DNA of 64,000 nucleotides from an uncultured Porticoccaceae bacterium (lineage in GTDB: Bacteria; Pseudomonadota; Gammaproteobacteria; Pseudomonadales; GM7GCV1). Each line of letters begins with the position of its first letter. The stretch's first letter is position 1. Location: assembly GCA_964623085.1 (NCBI GenBank), contig CAZUTO010000003.1:37863-101862 (forward strand). The letters run 5' to 3'. Shown here piece after piece: positions 40,101 through 50,903 of this stretch. Position numbers and translations under genes: made by a program. The notes below the pieces were generated by a model. It did no database searches. It was not told where the DNA came from and saw only the letters and a list, made by a program, of their open reading frames with translations.

Positions 40101-41042
40101 TTGAATAAAGTCTAACGCCAGCTCGTCTTCGAAATAGAAGAGATGCCCTGATATATCGGATTGAAAATGAAGATCTTCCAGTCCTTCCGCGAAGATCTGA
40201 CCGGGCATATCACTTATTTCTATATAACCCTGAAACTCTGCTCTGGAACCGGAATGGATGTTCGCCCAAACCTCACCACTAATACCCGGCTTTTTATCTA
40301 TGACAACCGACGTATCTGAATAACGATCAAGTAACGAAGAAAAAACATCGCCAAGATCGCTGCCATTAAAGTGAGTGTACGCAAGACCATCCAAGTCCAC
40401 GAACCGATTTGCGATACCGGTAAGTTCAACCACTAGCTCAAGCTGATTAGCCGCATCGTCAAGCTCTGCAGTGGCAACGAGACGATGAAATCCAAGACTA
40501 TTTTCAATCTCCGCGCTTTCCAATTGCATACTGAATTCGGCGCCCGAGTAAAACTCTATGCGTGTGTTGATATCCGTCAGCGAGATGCGCCTGCTCCCAA
40601 GAAGCATCTTTTCCAAGCTGGTTGCTTGCGAGCCATCAGATGCCGCCAAATCAATACCAGCGATCTGCCAGCCGCCACCCGCCTGCTCTTGAATCAACAT
40701 CTCCACACCACTCAAACGAAGCTCTTGCCAAGAAAGTGATAGCGTCAAAAGACTTTGTAGTATGTTTGGCTCAGCGACTACTTCCTCGACACGTATGGCC
40801 GACTCATCTTTACCAACTTCGAGCTGGCTAACAAACAGCTGCGGATGCGGACTCAACCACCGAGTCGCCTCTACATTAGCTTCTACAGGCACACCAAGTG
40901 TTTGGCTCGCCCAGTTCTTTATTTGATCGTCAAATAACAAAAGTCCTCTGAATGCCACACTTAGCAGTAAGAGTACCAATGCCAGCAAAATTAAGCCCCA
41001 GCAAAGCATCCGGTAGCATAGTGTGCCCAGCAGTTGTTTCAT
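37122..41042 (-). CDS. yhdP: YhdP-family (AsmA-like, DUF3971) large envelope-spanning protein
   Basis: 1306 aa with an N-terminal TM and a long beta-rich periplasmic body. It lies immediately downstream of rng, as in the E. coli mreBCD-maf-rng-yhdP arrangement. Confidence 0.85.
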   Translation of the reverse strand: MKQLLGTLCYRMLCWGLILLALVLLLLSVAFRGLLLFDDQIKNWASQTLGVPVEANVEATRWLSPHPQLFVSQLEVGKDESAIRVEEVVAEPNILQSLLTLSLSWQELRLSGVEMLIQEQAGGGWQIAGIDLAASDGSQATSLEKMLLGSRRISLTDINTRIEFYSGAEFSMQLESAEIENSLGFHRLVATAELDDAANQLELVVELTGIANRFVDLDGLAYTHFNGSDLGDVFSSLLDRYSDTSVVIDKKPGISGEVWANIHSGSRAEFQGYIEISDMPGQIFAEGLEDLHFQSDISGHLFYFEDELALDFIQPDFFAASEEWPLSDFRLTRRRGDVSALYSLQMQTLDLEELTKRATDLYALPEKLTTILTDLDLTGQVENLELNLDSGAPIETMAISADLNSVDVGYYLNAPAVRNLSGHVAATAFDGSLMIASESLSLHYPTLFDDWLDHGSVEAELGWQVDRDNDLVYISGKDISANAPDGLITAAFLVETGLKPREEGVNLDLVLGMQNVDGRNWSKYMPIRTSELLKNWLADADIDGQISNGSVVYRGKVKREYRDFRSIQLRLDVEQGSTRFLESWPKVTEMDSEIKVSNRLVNVQSDSANLAGVELQDVDIGVNASTTGLKLDLSLAGLGETKALIDVVRETDLGNSSGGSFDQLDVQGDAQFQLSLATPLRKELAIEEIDMDLSLELKNNHLALLDQNIQFDDLNGTLTYSENGLAAEDISVSLWNEPFTLSIREEKEIGSLNLFANGDVSIDSLTDWLNLPSTNGFSGKTEVEVLLQVNTERESGKPNRYLFLTDMVGVQSTLPGDLSKRTDEETELRVVIESTDELDVHIEWSKGLTLGLRKPQNGTLPKGRYESAVLSFNRNTPSHQPGMFIGRVYQEKTDLDQWLAFMSSRTGNSVHSGASSEDEHAQQSQVESNEGQLLGLKPDLLLSARQLVYKEETYEELELGLTSDDIGWLCGFSNEVVDGDYTHPYEAGVVPALRLKELDVDALQGFLQETPYANVTSAFDPRIVPVTDVAIENLILNGESRGTWSAELRPSQQGLNIENIQCQYRTLDCGASGASSLYWAYSDEGQYSALSVDLNFEDVSDIFTLAGMEPPLTSEKGNFYASVNWNEAPHKLRSSPISGILGVELEDGKFQAQASGVGAGVVRLISLVNIRTWLRRLRLDFSDIASDGTPYDDFGGDFTINQNVVNTLTPVIVGLPSGRLLIDGAVDLEQNEVDAQLVVTLPARQNMAWIAALAGGLPAALGVWAVSKIFDDQLDNLSSVSYQVTGPLEDPEIRTDRVFDATVQEQ

Positions 41043-41075
41043 GCCTCACACCACCATGTACACAGAATAAAACCT

Positions 41076-42554
41076 CTAAACAGGAATAATGTCATATTGT
41101 TCCTGGTTATAGAGCACTTCTACCTGCAACTGTATAGACCTCTCGATGAGTACCTCCAGCTCCGCAACATCATCAGACTCTTCATCAACAAGACGGTCAA
41201 TGACGCCTTGCGATGCAAGCACTAAAATCTTTTCACATTCAAACTGTCTGGCTTCACGATTTATTTCACGAAATATCTCTAAACAGATTGTTTCTGGACT
41301 TTTCATCGTTCCACGGCCGCCACAACTTGGACAGTGATCGCATAAGCTTTGTTCTAAACTTTCTCGAGTTCGCTTACGGGTCATCTCAATCAAGCCAAGA
41401 TCAGACAATTCAGCAATACTCGTGCGCGCGCGGTCTCGCTCTAGCGCTTTCTCAAAACTTCGACGCACTTGGCGTCGGTGTTCCGAATCAGCCATATCGA
41501 TAAAATCCACAATAATGATACCGCCAAGATTACGCAGCCTAAGCTGCCTTGCTAAAGCTGAGCATGCCTCTAGGTTAGTCTTAAATATGGTTTCTTCCAT
41601 ATTGCGACTTCCCACGTAGGTGCCCGTATTCACGTCTACCGTAGTCATCGCTTCTGTCTGCTCAATGATCATATAACCACCGGACTTAAGGTCGATACGA
41701 GTCTGCAATGCTTTCTCTATTTCGCTTTCAACGCTATAGAGATCAAAAAGAGGACGCTGGCCCTGATAAAGAAAAACTCTACTTTCCATTTCTGGATGAT
41801 ATCGGCGCGTAAAATCTATCACCTTCTCATAGATTTCACCTGAGTCCACACGGATTTTCTCAAGGTTCGGATGCGCCATATCGCGAAGCGCACGAAGAGC
41901 GAGAGGTATATCCTGATGGACAACAGAGGGAGCTTGCTTATTTGGTGTAGCGGAAGAAACGTCGCTCCAAAGTTTGAAAAGGAAGGCCATATCTGCCTGT
42001 AAATCTTCTTCAGATGCGCCTTCGGCATTGGTTCGAACAATAAACCCGCCCTTAATACTAGGCTGCATTTGTTCTTTTAGTTTGCTAATCAAGTCTTTTA
42101 GTCGCTGCCGTTCCTCATCGTTTTCTATTCGCTGCGAAACGCCCGTGTGAAAATTCTGCGGCATGTAGACTAGAAATCTCGACGAAAAAGAAAGATGAGT
42201 AGTTAGCCTCGCGCCTTTGGTACTGATGGGTGCTTTGACTACCTGCGTCAAAAGCGTTTTTCCTTCGTGAACTTTCGTAAGAATATCCGGCGTCACTACG
42301 TCTCTTAGCTCCATCCCTTCGCCGTCCAATGAAGGGATGTCGGTGGCATGCAAAAAGCCTGTTCGTTCTAGACCGATATCCACAAATGCGGCCTGCATTC
42401 CTGGCAACACCCGAATCACCTTTCCTTTATATATATTGCCAACGATATTAGACGCCTTGGCTCGCTCTATCTGAACTTCCTGCACCACGCCATTTTCGAC
42501 CAACGCAACACGCGTCTCTTTCGGAATGACATTGATGAGTAACTCTTCGCTCAT
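41076..42554 (-). CDS. rng: Ribonuclease G
   Basis: S1 domain (GNIYKGKVIRVLPGMQAAFVDIG) and an RNase E/G catalytic core (GGIIIVDFIDM). Confidence 0.93.
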   Translation of the reverse strand: MSEELLINVIPKETRVALVENGVVQEVQIERAKASNIVGNIYKGKVIRVLPGMQAAFVDIGLERTGFLHATDIPSLDGEGMELRDVVTPDILTKVHEGKTLLTQVVKAPISTKGARLTTHLSFSSRFLVYMPQNFHTGVSQRIENDEERQRLKDLISKLKEQMQPSIKGGFIVRTNAEGASEEDLQADMAFLFKLWSDVSSATPNKQAPSVVHQDIPLALRALRDMAHPNLEKIRVDSGEIYEKVIDFTRRYHPEMESRVFLYQGQRPLFDLYSVESEIEKALQTRIDLKSGGYMIIEQTEAMTTVDVNTGTYVGSRNMEETIFKTNLEACSALARQLRLRNLGGIIIVDFIDMADSEHRRQVRRSFEKALERDRARTSIAELSDLGLIEMTRKRTRESLEQSLCDHCPSCGGRGTMKSPETICLEIFREINREARQFECEKILVLASQGVIDRLVDEESDDVAELEVLIERSIQLQVEVLYNQEQYDIIPV

Positions 42555-43138
42555 TAGTTTTCCAATTTAGGCTTTTCAAGTGGCCAGAGGTCAAATTTCC
42601 GCAGCAATTCACTGGTTTCATAAAGAGGTAAACCCTTCACTGCGCTATAGCTTCCGGTAATCTCTTTAATAAATCCCGCTGCAACACCCTGAATGGCATA
42701 ACCACCTGCTTTGCCTTCCGGTTCTCCAGTTTGCCAGTAGTTGCGAATCTCGTCTTGCTTTAGTTCCCGAAAACTGACTCTTGTTACTGAAAGTGCGGTT
42801 TCTGTTTTCGTATCGTCTATCATTGCAATAGCAGATAATACCTGATGTTCTCTGCCTGAAAGCAGCCCCATCATTTTTGTGAAATCCTGATAGTCTTTAG
42901 GCTTGCCAAAAATATCACCATTTAAAACAACCGCCGTATCCGACCCCAAAACTGGACCAACCCCAATAGAGCGATATGTTGTTTGCGCTTTTTCTAATGC
43001 GAGACGCTGAACGTAATCAGCTCCAGATTCCTTACCAATAGGTGTCTCGTCAATATTTGCGATCTGAACCCGAAAAGACAACCCTAGTTGACGAAGAAGA
43101 TCAGCACGGCGCGGGGATGCGGAAGCAAGCACGAGCAT
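42554..43138 (-). CDS. maf: Maf-like nucleoside triphosphate pyrophosphatase (YhdE)
   Basis: MLVLASASPRRADLLRQLGL ... GKAGGYAIQG. Confidence 0.9.
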   Translation of the reverse strand: MLVLASASPRRADLLRQLGLSFRVQIANIDETPIGKESGADYVQRLALEKAQTTYRSIGVGPVLGSDTAVVLNGDIFGKPKDYQDFTKMMGLLSGREHQVLSAIAMIDDTKTETALSVTRVSFRELKQDEIRNYWQTGEPEGKAGGYAIQGVAAGFIKEITGSYSAVKGLPLYETSELLRKFDLWPLEKPKLEN

Positions 43139-43150
43139 CTTTTTTGTTCC

Positions 43151-43645
43151 TCAGTGACTGATACCCGGCAATCTACGATGATTCGATAACCAGTTTCCGA
43201 CAAGCACCATAACGGGCCAAAGCATCGTTGTTAGTATTACCGACAAAATAGCGCTAAGCGTCGGCAGCTGACCAAACCCCAGCGCTGTAACCCAGCTGTA
43301 GACCAGCTTAAGAAAAAGAAGTGCTAGCGCGATACTTGGGAGTTGCTTGGCGACTCGATGTATACGCACACGGTCGCGAAAATACTGCATAAAATAAGCC
43401 ATGATACAAAGGCCTAACGCATGCTGCCCGAGCGGCGCCAAAGAGACAACATCTTGAAGTAATCCTAAACAGAAGACTAGTGTCAGACGAATGGCTTGGG
43501 GTCGATAAAGACAGAAAAGAATGATAGTTAGCGCAACTGCGTCGATACGGATATAGCCCAACCATGGAATATTAAATACGTATATGACGACCGAGATGAC
43601 AATCAGAGGCAATAGATCACGCAACATCAATGGCAACTCTTTCAT
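43151..43645 (-). CDS. mreD: Rod shape-determining protein MreD
   Basis: 164-aa polytopic membrane protein overlapping the mreC stop by 4 nt. Confidence 0.85.
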   Translation of the reverse strand: MKELPLMLRDLLPLIVISVVIYVFNIPWLGYIRIDAVALTIILFCLYRPQAIRLTLVFCLGLLQDVVSLAPLGQHALGLCIMAYFMQYFRDRVRIHRVAKQLPSIALALLFLKLVYSWVTALGFGQLPTLSAILSVILTTMLWPVMVLVGNWLSNHRRLPGISH

Positions 43646-44553
43646 TCTTCTATAACCTGCTGATCTATAACCTTTTGGTTTTCGACAGGTTCGGCTTGAA
43701 GTTCGACAGAGTTGATGTCAGTAGAATCAGAAAAAAGCACCAACATTTGTCGGCTCGTCTCCAAGCCTGCTCTTGGCTTAATTTGAATTTCAAGAAAAGG
43801 CGTAGAACTGTTTTTTTCGACCGACACAACATCGCCAACCGGATATCCATAGGGAAAAGTTCCACCCAACCCTGAACTGATAATTTCATCCCCAGCAACA
43901 ACATCAACCGTTTCTGGAATATTGCGCAACCTGATTGATTTATAGTCACCGGTTCCCTCAGCGATGGCACGACCGCCAGTGCGAAGAATCTCTACCGGTA
44001 AGGCATGCTGCCGGTCGGAGATTAGCAGCACTTCACTGTTTTCGGACCCTAGAGTGACAGTTTGACCGACTAGTCCCGCTGCATCCAAAACCGGCAACCC
44101 TGCTCGCAAGCCATCCGCAGTACCGCGATTGACAATAAGACGATGCGTTTCGGTATCAGGTGGCGTACCAACTAATTCGACGATAAGAACTTTCTCTTCG
44201 ACAAACTCGGTCGTACCAAGAAGCTGCCGCAATCTCGCATTCTCCGCTTGAATGGCTGCCATGGTTAACACCCGACGCTGCAAAATGAGGTTTTCATCCT
44301 GAAGCTGCTTGTTTGTTTGTAACAGTTGATCTCGCGAAGCAAATTTACCTTCAACCCAATCACCCGCGACATGACTGACATCGGTAATATCGTAGAAGGG
44401 TGCAATAAGATCTAGGAAAAAGGCTCTAGCAGGCTGGAGAAAATTAGAATAAGTGCTAACGAAGATTAGTGCGATGGCAAGAAAGGATGCCAGAATAAGG
44501 ACGCGAAGGGAGGACGGCCCTCTGCGGAAAATATGCCTTCTACCCGCCGCCAT
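43642..44553 (-). CDS. mreC: Rod shape-determining protein MreC
   Basis: N-terminal TM, a coiled coil (ENARLRQLL), and beta-barrel domains. It lies between mreB and mreD. Confidence 0.9.
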   Translation of the reverse strand: MAAGRRHIFRRGPSSLRVLILASFLAIALIFVSTYSNFLQPARAFFLDLIAPFYDITDVSHVAGDWVEGKFASRDQLLQTNKQLQDENLILQRRVLTMAAIQAENARLRQLLGTTEFVEEKVLIVELVGTPPDTETHRLIVNRGTADGLRAGLPVLDAAGLVGQTVTLGSENSEVLLISDRQHALPVEILRTGGRAIAEGTGDYKSIRLRNIPETVDVVAGDEIISSGLGGTFPYGYPVGDVVSVEKNSSTPFLEIQIKPRAGLETSRQMLVLFSDSTDINSVELQAEPVENQKVIDQQVIEE

Positions 44554-44584
44554 ATTTAATTAAACCTAATGCAGGCTTCGGCCC

Positions 44585-45622
<1,038 letters not shown>

Positions 45623-45811
45623 TTATTGATCCGGCGTGATTTTGAGTGGGTGTTTAGACGTGCGAATGTACCAATGCAGGGGATTCAGAGCAAGCCGTAA
45701 ATGTGATACCTTGAGAGGTAAATCAAGGTTTTAGGATATATTCCTCTATTTAACCCTAGTATTAAATGTACTAACTAAATTCTTAGACATTACCAAGTTG
45801 GATTTCAAACC

Positions 45812-46099
45812 ATGAGTATTGAAAAAAGCGATATTGAGAAGTTATCGCATTTAGCACGTATAAACATATCCACTGATATTGCTGACATAGTGACAGATCG
45901 AATTAACGACGTACTCACAATGGTGGATCAGCTGCAAGCCATCGACACTGACAACGTCGAGCCTATGGCACATCCAAATGACGCCACTCAGCGATTAAGA
46001 AATGATGAAGTCTCTGAACCTGATCAACGTCAAGCATTGATGAGCAACGCGCCTTCGCAAGAGGATGGGCTCTTTCTTGTGCCAAAAGTGATCGATTAA
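45812..46099 (+). CDS. gatC: Glu/Asp-tRNA amidotransferase subunit C
   Basis: 95 aa: IEKLSHLARINIS...VDQLQAIDTDNVEPMAHP. Confidence 0.93.
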   Translation: MSIEKSDIEKLSHLARINISTDIADIVTDRINDVLTMVDQLQAIDTDNVEPMAHPNDATQRLRNDEVSEPDQRQALMSNAPSQEDGLFLVPKVID

Positions 46100-46169
46100 A
46101 GATGATCGACTGTAAGTGATCGGTTAAAAGACAAACACACCTAAAAACAAACTCGCTAATCTAGGCAAT

Positions 46170-47624
46170 ATGCACAACCATACTATCGCTAACATAAAGC
46201 GCGGACTGGAAACCGGAGAATTTTCCAGTCGCGAAATAACTGAGCACTTCTTGGCACGTATCAAGCGCCTTGACGAAACCTACAACAGTTTTATCACGCT
46301 TTCCGAAGAACAAGCGCTTGCAGCCGCGGATCAAGCGGATAAAGACCGAGTATCAGGAAGCACTCACCTACTCACCGGTGTGCCTTTTGCACACAAAGAT
46401 ATTTTCTGTACGCAAGGGGTAAAAACCAGTTGTGGCTCGAAGATGCTAGACAACTTCATTTCTCCTTACGATGCCACCGTCGTTGCAAATCTCAAAGAGG
46501 CTGGCGCCGTTTGCCTTGGGAAAACCAATATGGATGAGTTCGCGATGGGCTCATCGAACGAAACCAGCTTTTATGGCACCGTTAAAAACCCTTGGAATAC
46601 AGGTTGTGTTCCTGGCGGTTCTTCAGGCGGGTCTGCAGCAGCTGTCGCGGCTAGAATCACTCCCGCAGCGACGGCGACAGATACCGGCGGCTCCATTCGC
46701 CAACCCGCTGCACATTGCGGTGTGACTGGCTTAAAACCAACCTATGGCCGCGTATCTCGATGGGGCATGATTGCATTCGCCTCAAGCATGGATCAAGGCG
46801 GCCCTATCGCGCGCACCGCAGAAGATTGTGCGTACTTACTCCAAGCGATGTCAGGCTTTGATACCAAAGACTCCACTTCGTCTGATCTACCTGTCGACGA
46901 TTTTGTCGGCAAGCTCGATCAATCCCTTGATGGAATCAAAATCGGTATCCCCAAAGAATTTTTTGGTGAAGGGCTGAATCCAGAAGTAGCAACAACAGTG
47001 CAGACCGCTTTAAGTGAATATGAAAAACTTGGCGCCACCCTGGTGGATATTGAACTGCCGCATTCTCACTTAGCCGTGCCCACCTACTATGTTTTGGCAC
47101 CAGCTGAAGCATCAGCGAACCTCTCTCGTTTTGACGGCGTGCGCTATGGCTATCGTTGCGATAATCCAGAAGACTTAACAGATCTCTATTGCCGTACTCG
47201 CGAAGAAGGGTTTGGAGAAGAAGTTAAACGCCGGATTCTTGTTGGCGCCTACGTGCTATCCGCTGGCTACTATGATGCCTATTATCGCAAGGCACAAAAA
47301 GTGCGAAGGCTGATCAAAAATGACTTTGTTTCTGCATTTGAAAAAGTCGACATGATCGCTGGGCCCACCTGCCCTAATCCGACCTTTGCGTTCGGTGCGA
47401 AATCAGCCAATCCTGTAGAAATGTATCTAGAAGACATCTATACCATATCAGTAAATTTGGCAGGTTTACCTGGAATGTCCCTCCCCTGTGGATTAGTTGA
47501 TGGCAAGCCAACTGGCCTACAACTCATCGGCAACTATTGGAAGGAAGACCAAATTCTCAGCGCGGCTCACCAATATCAAAAACAAACTGACTGGCACACC
47601 AAAAAGCCAGCAGGCATTGAATAG
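46170..47624 (+). CDS. gatA: Glu/Asp-tRNA amidotransferase subunit A
   Basis: Amidase signature [13 protein letters not shown] and [12 protein letters not shown]. Confidence 0.96.
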   Translation: MHNHTIANIKRGLETGEFSSREITEHFLARIKRLDETYNSFITLSEEQALAAADQADKDRVSGSTHLLTGVPFAHKDIFCTQGVKTSCGSKMLDNFISPYDATVVANLKEAGAVCLGKTNMDEFAMGSSNETSFYGTVKNPWNTGCVPGGSSGGSAAAVAARITPAATATDTGGSIRQPAAHCGVTGLKPTYGRVSRWGMIAFASSMDQGGPIARTAEDCAYLLQAMSGFDTKDSTSSDLPVDDFVGKLDQSLDGIKIGIPKEFFGEGLNPEVATTVQTALSEYEKLGATLVDIELPHSHLAVPTYYVLAPAEASANLSRFDGVRYGYRCDNPEDLTDLYCRTREEGFGEEVKRRILVGAYVLSAGYYDAYYRKAQKVRRLIKNDFVSAFEKVDMIAGPTCPNPTFAFGAKSANPVEMYLEDIYTISVNLAGLPGMSLPCGLVDGKPTGLQLIGNYWKEDQILSAAHQYQKQTDWHTKKPAGIE

Positions 47625-47634
47625 GAACGATGAC

Positions 47635-49074
47635 ATGGCATGGGAAACAGTAATTGGCCTTGAAATCCATATTCAGCTGAACACCAATTCAAAAATATTC
47701 TCGGGCGCAGCCACTGAATTCGGTGCAGCGCCGAATACGCAGGCCTGCGGCGTCGATCTCGCTCTGCCCGGCACGCTGCCGGTCGTCAATGAAGATGTGA
47801 TGCGCATGGCGGTACAATTTGGTTTAGCCATTGATGCAGAGATTGGAAAAAAATCTGTTTTTGAACGGAAAAACTATTTTTATCCAGACCTGCCAAAAGG
47901 CTATCAAACAACACAGCTGGCTGAACCGATTGTTGGTCTAGGTGTTGTCCGTATTCAGCTCGAAGACGGCAGTGAGAAAGATATTCGCATTCATCACGCG
48001 CACTTGGAAGAAGACGCTGGAAAATCACTACACGAAGATTATCACGGCATGTCTGGGATTGATTTGAACCGTGCGGGCACACCACTGATTGAAATCGTTT
48101 CCGAGCCTGATATGCGCTCGTCCGAAGAAGCGGTGGCATATCTTAGGAAGATCCACGCAATCATTACTTATTTAGGCATTTCTGACGGCGATATGTCACA
48201 GGGCTCAATGCGCTGCGATGTAAACATTTCAATACGACCTATGGGTCAAGAAGTACTGGGAACGAGAACAGAACTAAAAAATATCAACTCGTTTCGCTTC
48301 GTCGAAAAAGCCATTCACACAGAAGTTGCGCGGCAAATTGATCTTATTGAAGATGGCGGCGAAGTGGTACAAGAAACGCGCCTTTATGATCCTGACAAAA
48401 ATGAGACTCGCTCAATGCGCAGCAAGGAGGTAGCCAATGACTACCGATACTTCCCTTGCCCCGATTTATTGCCTGTCATTCTTGATGATCAATTCATAGA
48501 CGCGGAACGCACAAAACTACCTGAATTACCCAACGCAAAACGGGTGCGTTTTCAGGATGAATATAACCTGTCAGCCTATGACGCAAGCGTCCTGACACAA
48601 GATAAGGCGGTAGCCGATTATTTCGAATCGACCACCAAAGTATGTGGTGATCCTAAACTCGCGGCCAACTGGGTAACAGTTGAGCTTGCTGGACAATTAA
48701 ATAAGGAAGGGGTTGAAATAAACGACAGTCCAGTCAAAGCCGAGGAACTTGGGAATTTAATTAAACGCATTCAAGACGCCACCATTTCTGGAAAGATTGC
48801 CAAACAAGTATTTGAAGATCTCTGGGCAAATCAAGGAAGTGTTGACGAAATCATCGAAGCAAAAGGTTTGAAACAGGTATCTGATTCAGGTGCAATCGAG
48901 GCGATGGTGCAGGATGTCATCAATTCTAATCCAGATCAGGTTGAAAACTATCGATCTGCGCCGGACGAGCGTAAACCAAAAATGCTAGGCTTTTTTGTTG
49001 GCCAGGTAATGAAAATATCGAAAGGCCAAGCGAACCCAGGCGAAGTCAATCGCATTCTTAACGAAAAGCTTTAA
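47635..49074 (+). CDS. gatB: Glu/Asp-tRNA amidotransferase subunit B
   Basis: [17 protein letters not shown]. The start is placed at the ATG at 47635, not the upstream in-frame extension from 47497 that overlaps gatA. Confidence 0.96.
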   Translation: MAWETVIGLEIHIQLNTNSKIFSGAATEFGAAPNTQACGVDLALPGTLPVVNEDVMRMAVQFGLAIDAEIGKKSVFERKNYFYPDLPKGYQTTQLAEPIVGLGVVRIQLEDGSEKDIRIHHAHLEEDAGKSLHEDYHGMSGIDLNRAGTPLIEIVSEPDMRSSEEAVAYLRKIHAIITYLGISDGDMSQGSMRCDVNISIRPMGQEVLGTRTELKNINSFRFVEKAIHTEVARQIDLIEDGGEVVQETRLYDPDKNETRSMRSKEVANDYRYFPCPDLLPVILDDQFIDAERTKLPELPNAKRVRFQDEYNLSAYDASVLTQDKAVADYFESTTKVCGDPKLAANWVTVELAGQLNKEGVEINDSPVKAEELGNLIKRIQDATISGKIAKQVFEDLWANQGSVDEIIEAKGLKQVSDSGAIEAMVQDVINSNPDQVENYRSAPDERKPKMLGFFVGQVMKISKGQANPGEVNRILNEKL

Positions 49075-49088
49075 AAACAGGAAACCTA

Positions 49089-49373
49089 ATGGCACTAAAA
49101 AAAGATAAACAAAAAGTTCTCGGCGAAGTTTTTGACGACGAACGTGTAAAGGGCTTTCTCAACGGTAATCCTCCCACTGGCGTGAGCCAAGATTTTTATC
49201 TTCTGGAGCGGGCCTATCGCGGAATGAATATCGAGAATTTTCGTACTTTCGTTACTTTCTTCAAAGCCGAAGGTCACGATGTAGACGGTACCAATCAAGA
49301 TGGCCGAACGCTTGCTGACCTTCTCGCCACCCATAAACACGGTGGCGATTACCTGGCTGCGCTGAAAAATTAA
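49089..49373 (+). CDS. Small conserved-looking protein of unknown function, with one ankyrin-repeat-like segment
   Basis: 94-aa ORF with AGGAAA 6 nt upstream, starting 14 nt after the gatB stop. GHDVDGTNQDGRTLADLLATHKHGGDYLAAL resembles a single ankyrin repeat. Confidence 0.5.
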   Translation: MALKKDKQKVLGEVFDDERVKGFLNGNPPTGVSQDFYLLERAYRGMNIENFRTFVTFFKAEGHDVDGTNQDGRTLADLLATHKHGGDYLAALKN

Positions 49374-49388
49374 CGCGCGACTTAACCA

Positions 49389-49417
49389 TATAGCTTTCAG
49401 TCGATCTGAAAGCTATA
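49389..49417. other. Perfect 12-bp stem-loop between the small ORF and the photolyase gene
   Basis: TATAGCTTTCAG-TCGAT-CTGAAAGCTATA, with no U-tract on either strand. Confidence 0.7.
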
Positions 49418-49473
49418 GCCTCCCAAGCACCAGCACTTTCACGCAAAAAAATGGCTTTTTGCCATATTAAAAT

Positions 49474-50898
49474 ATGGCCACTCGTTCAGACGTTGCCATT
49501 CATTGGTTTAGACAAGATCTGCGACTTTCTGACAACCCGGCGCTAACCGCCGCAAGCAACAAAGCAAATATACTCCCCATTTATATTCTCGATGATACCG
49601 TCAACCATGATGAATCTATGGGCGCGGCTAGCAAATGGTGGCTCCATCATTCGCTAGCCAAGTTAGACGCTTCTTTGGACGGATCACTAAATATTTACAA
49701 AGGTGATCCGAAACAAATCTTATTAGATCTTGTCTCTCAGTATTCAGTCAGCGGGCTATTTTGGAACCGATGTTACGAACCTTCTCATATCGGTCGTGAT
49801 AAAGAACTCAAGCAACTATTTATAGATAGAGGACTTGAAGTAAAGAGCTTCAATGGCTCGCTGCTCTGGGAACCATGGGAAGTCCAAAAAGCCGACGGAT
49901 CACCCTACAGAGTCTTTACGCCATTCTTTCGCCGTGGATGTCTGAGCAAAACATCTCCAAGGTCACCACTCCCCGTGCCAAAACCGTTGCAGAGCGTCAG
50001 AGACACTGGAAACAATTTGCATCTAGATGAATTGAACTTATTACCGAGATTAGATTGGGCAGATGGATTTAAAGAAATCTGGAAAGCGGGAGAGCAAGAA
50101 GCACTCAAGAAAATGGATGCGTTCATTCACAGGAAGGCAGACGACTACAAATCCGGTCGAAACTATCCAGCCAAAGAAGCGGTATCTCGATTGTCTCCGC
50201 ACCTGCATTTTGGCGAAGTTTCGCCCAATACAGTTTGGCACGCACTAAAAAAACTACCCGACAATGACGATGTTGATTGCGTCAGGACACAGCTCGGCTG
50301 GAGAGAATTCTCATATTCTTTGCTGTACTACTTCCCATCAGTTACCCATGAAAATTTGCAGTCCAAGTTCAATCGGTTTCCATGGCGTGAGAACCAGGAA
50401 CACTTGCGCGCATGGCAACAAGGGAAAACGGGTTATCCATTGGTAGACGCCGGCATGCGCGAACTCTGGCAAACAGGCTATATGCACAATCGCGTCCGCA
50501 TGGTCGTCGGTTCATTCCTAGTGAAAAACCTACTCATTCATTGGAGGCGAGGCCAAGAGTGGTTCTGGGATTGCCTCGTTGATGCAGATCTCGCCAACAA
50601 CTCGCTAAGTTGGCAGTGGATTGCCGGATGTGGTGTCGATGCCGCACCTTTCTTCCGTATTTTCAATCCGGTCACTCAGAGTGAAAAGTATGATCCGGAT
50701 GGTGACTATACGCGAAGGTTCGTACCAGAACTAAAGGATCTACCGAACAAATACCTTCATCAGCCTTGGAGTGCGCCGGAACAAATACTAGAACAAGCTG
50801 ACATTACCCTAGGCGATAACTACCCTTTGCCCATCGTTGACATAAAGTATTCCCGAGAGCGGGCGCTTGAAGCATATAGATCAATCAAACAAAACTAG
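49474..50898 (+). CDS. phrB: Deoxyribodipyrimidine photolyase (class I CPD photolyase/cryptochrome family)
   Basis: IHWFRQDLRLSDNPAL N-terminal alpha/beta domain, and an FAD-binding C-domain (WREFSY, GYMHNRVRMVVGSFLVKNL, SWQWIAGCG). Confidence 0.9.
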   Translation: MATRSDVAIHWFRQDLRLSDNPALTAASNKANILPIYILDDTVNHDESMGAASKWWLHHSLAKLDASLDGSLNIYKGDPKQILLDLVSQYSVSGLFWNRCYEPSHIGRDKELKQLFIDRGLEVKSFNGSLLWEPWEVQKADGSPYRVFTPFFRRGCLSKTSPRSPLPVPKPLQSVRDTGNNLHLDELNLLPRLDWADGFKEIWKAGEQEALKKMDAFIHRKADDYKSGRNYPAKEAVSRLSPHLHFGEVSPNTVWHALKKLPDNDDVDCVRTQLGWREFSYSLLYYFPSVTHENLQSKFNRFPWRENQEHLRAWQQGKTGYPLVDAGMRELWQTGYMHNRVRMVVGSFLVKNLLIHWRRGQEWFWDCLVDADLANNSLSWQWIAGCGVDAAPFFRIFNPVTQSEKYDPDGDYTRRFVPELKDLPNKYLHQPWSAPEQILEQADITLGDNYPLPIVDIKYSRERALEAYRSIKQN

Positions 50899-50903
50899 AG
50901 CAA

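Noticed and set aside
45708-45733. ACCTTGA-GAGGTAAA-TCAAGGT hairpin followed by TTTT in the mreB/gatC divergent region
   Set aside because: It looks terminator-like, but nothing upstream is transcribed toward it. Stability is modest, so I treat it as a possible leader structure only.
47497-47634. Upstream in-frame extension of the gatB ORF, overlapping gatA by 128 nt
   Set aside because: The conserved GatB N-terminus ([12 protein letters not shown]) begins at the ATG at 47635. The extension is simply open frame inside gatA.
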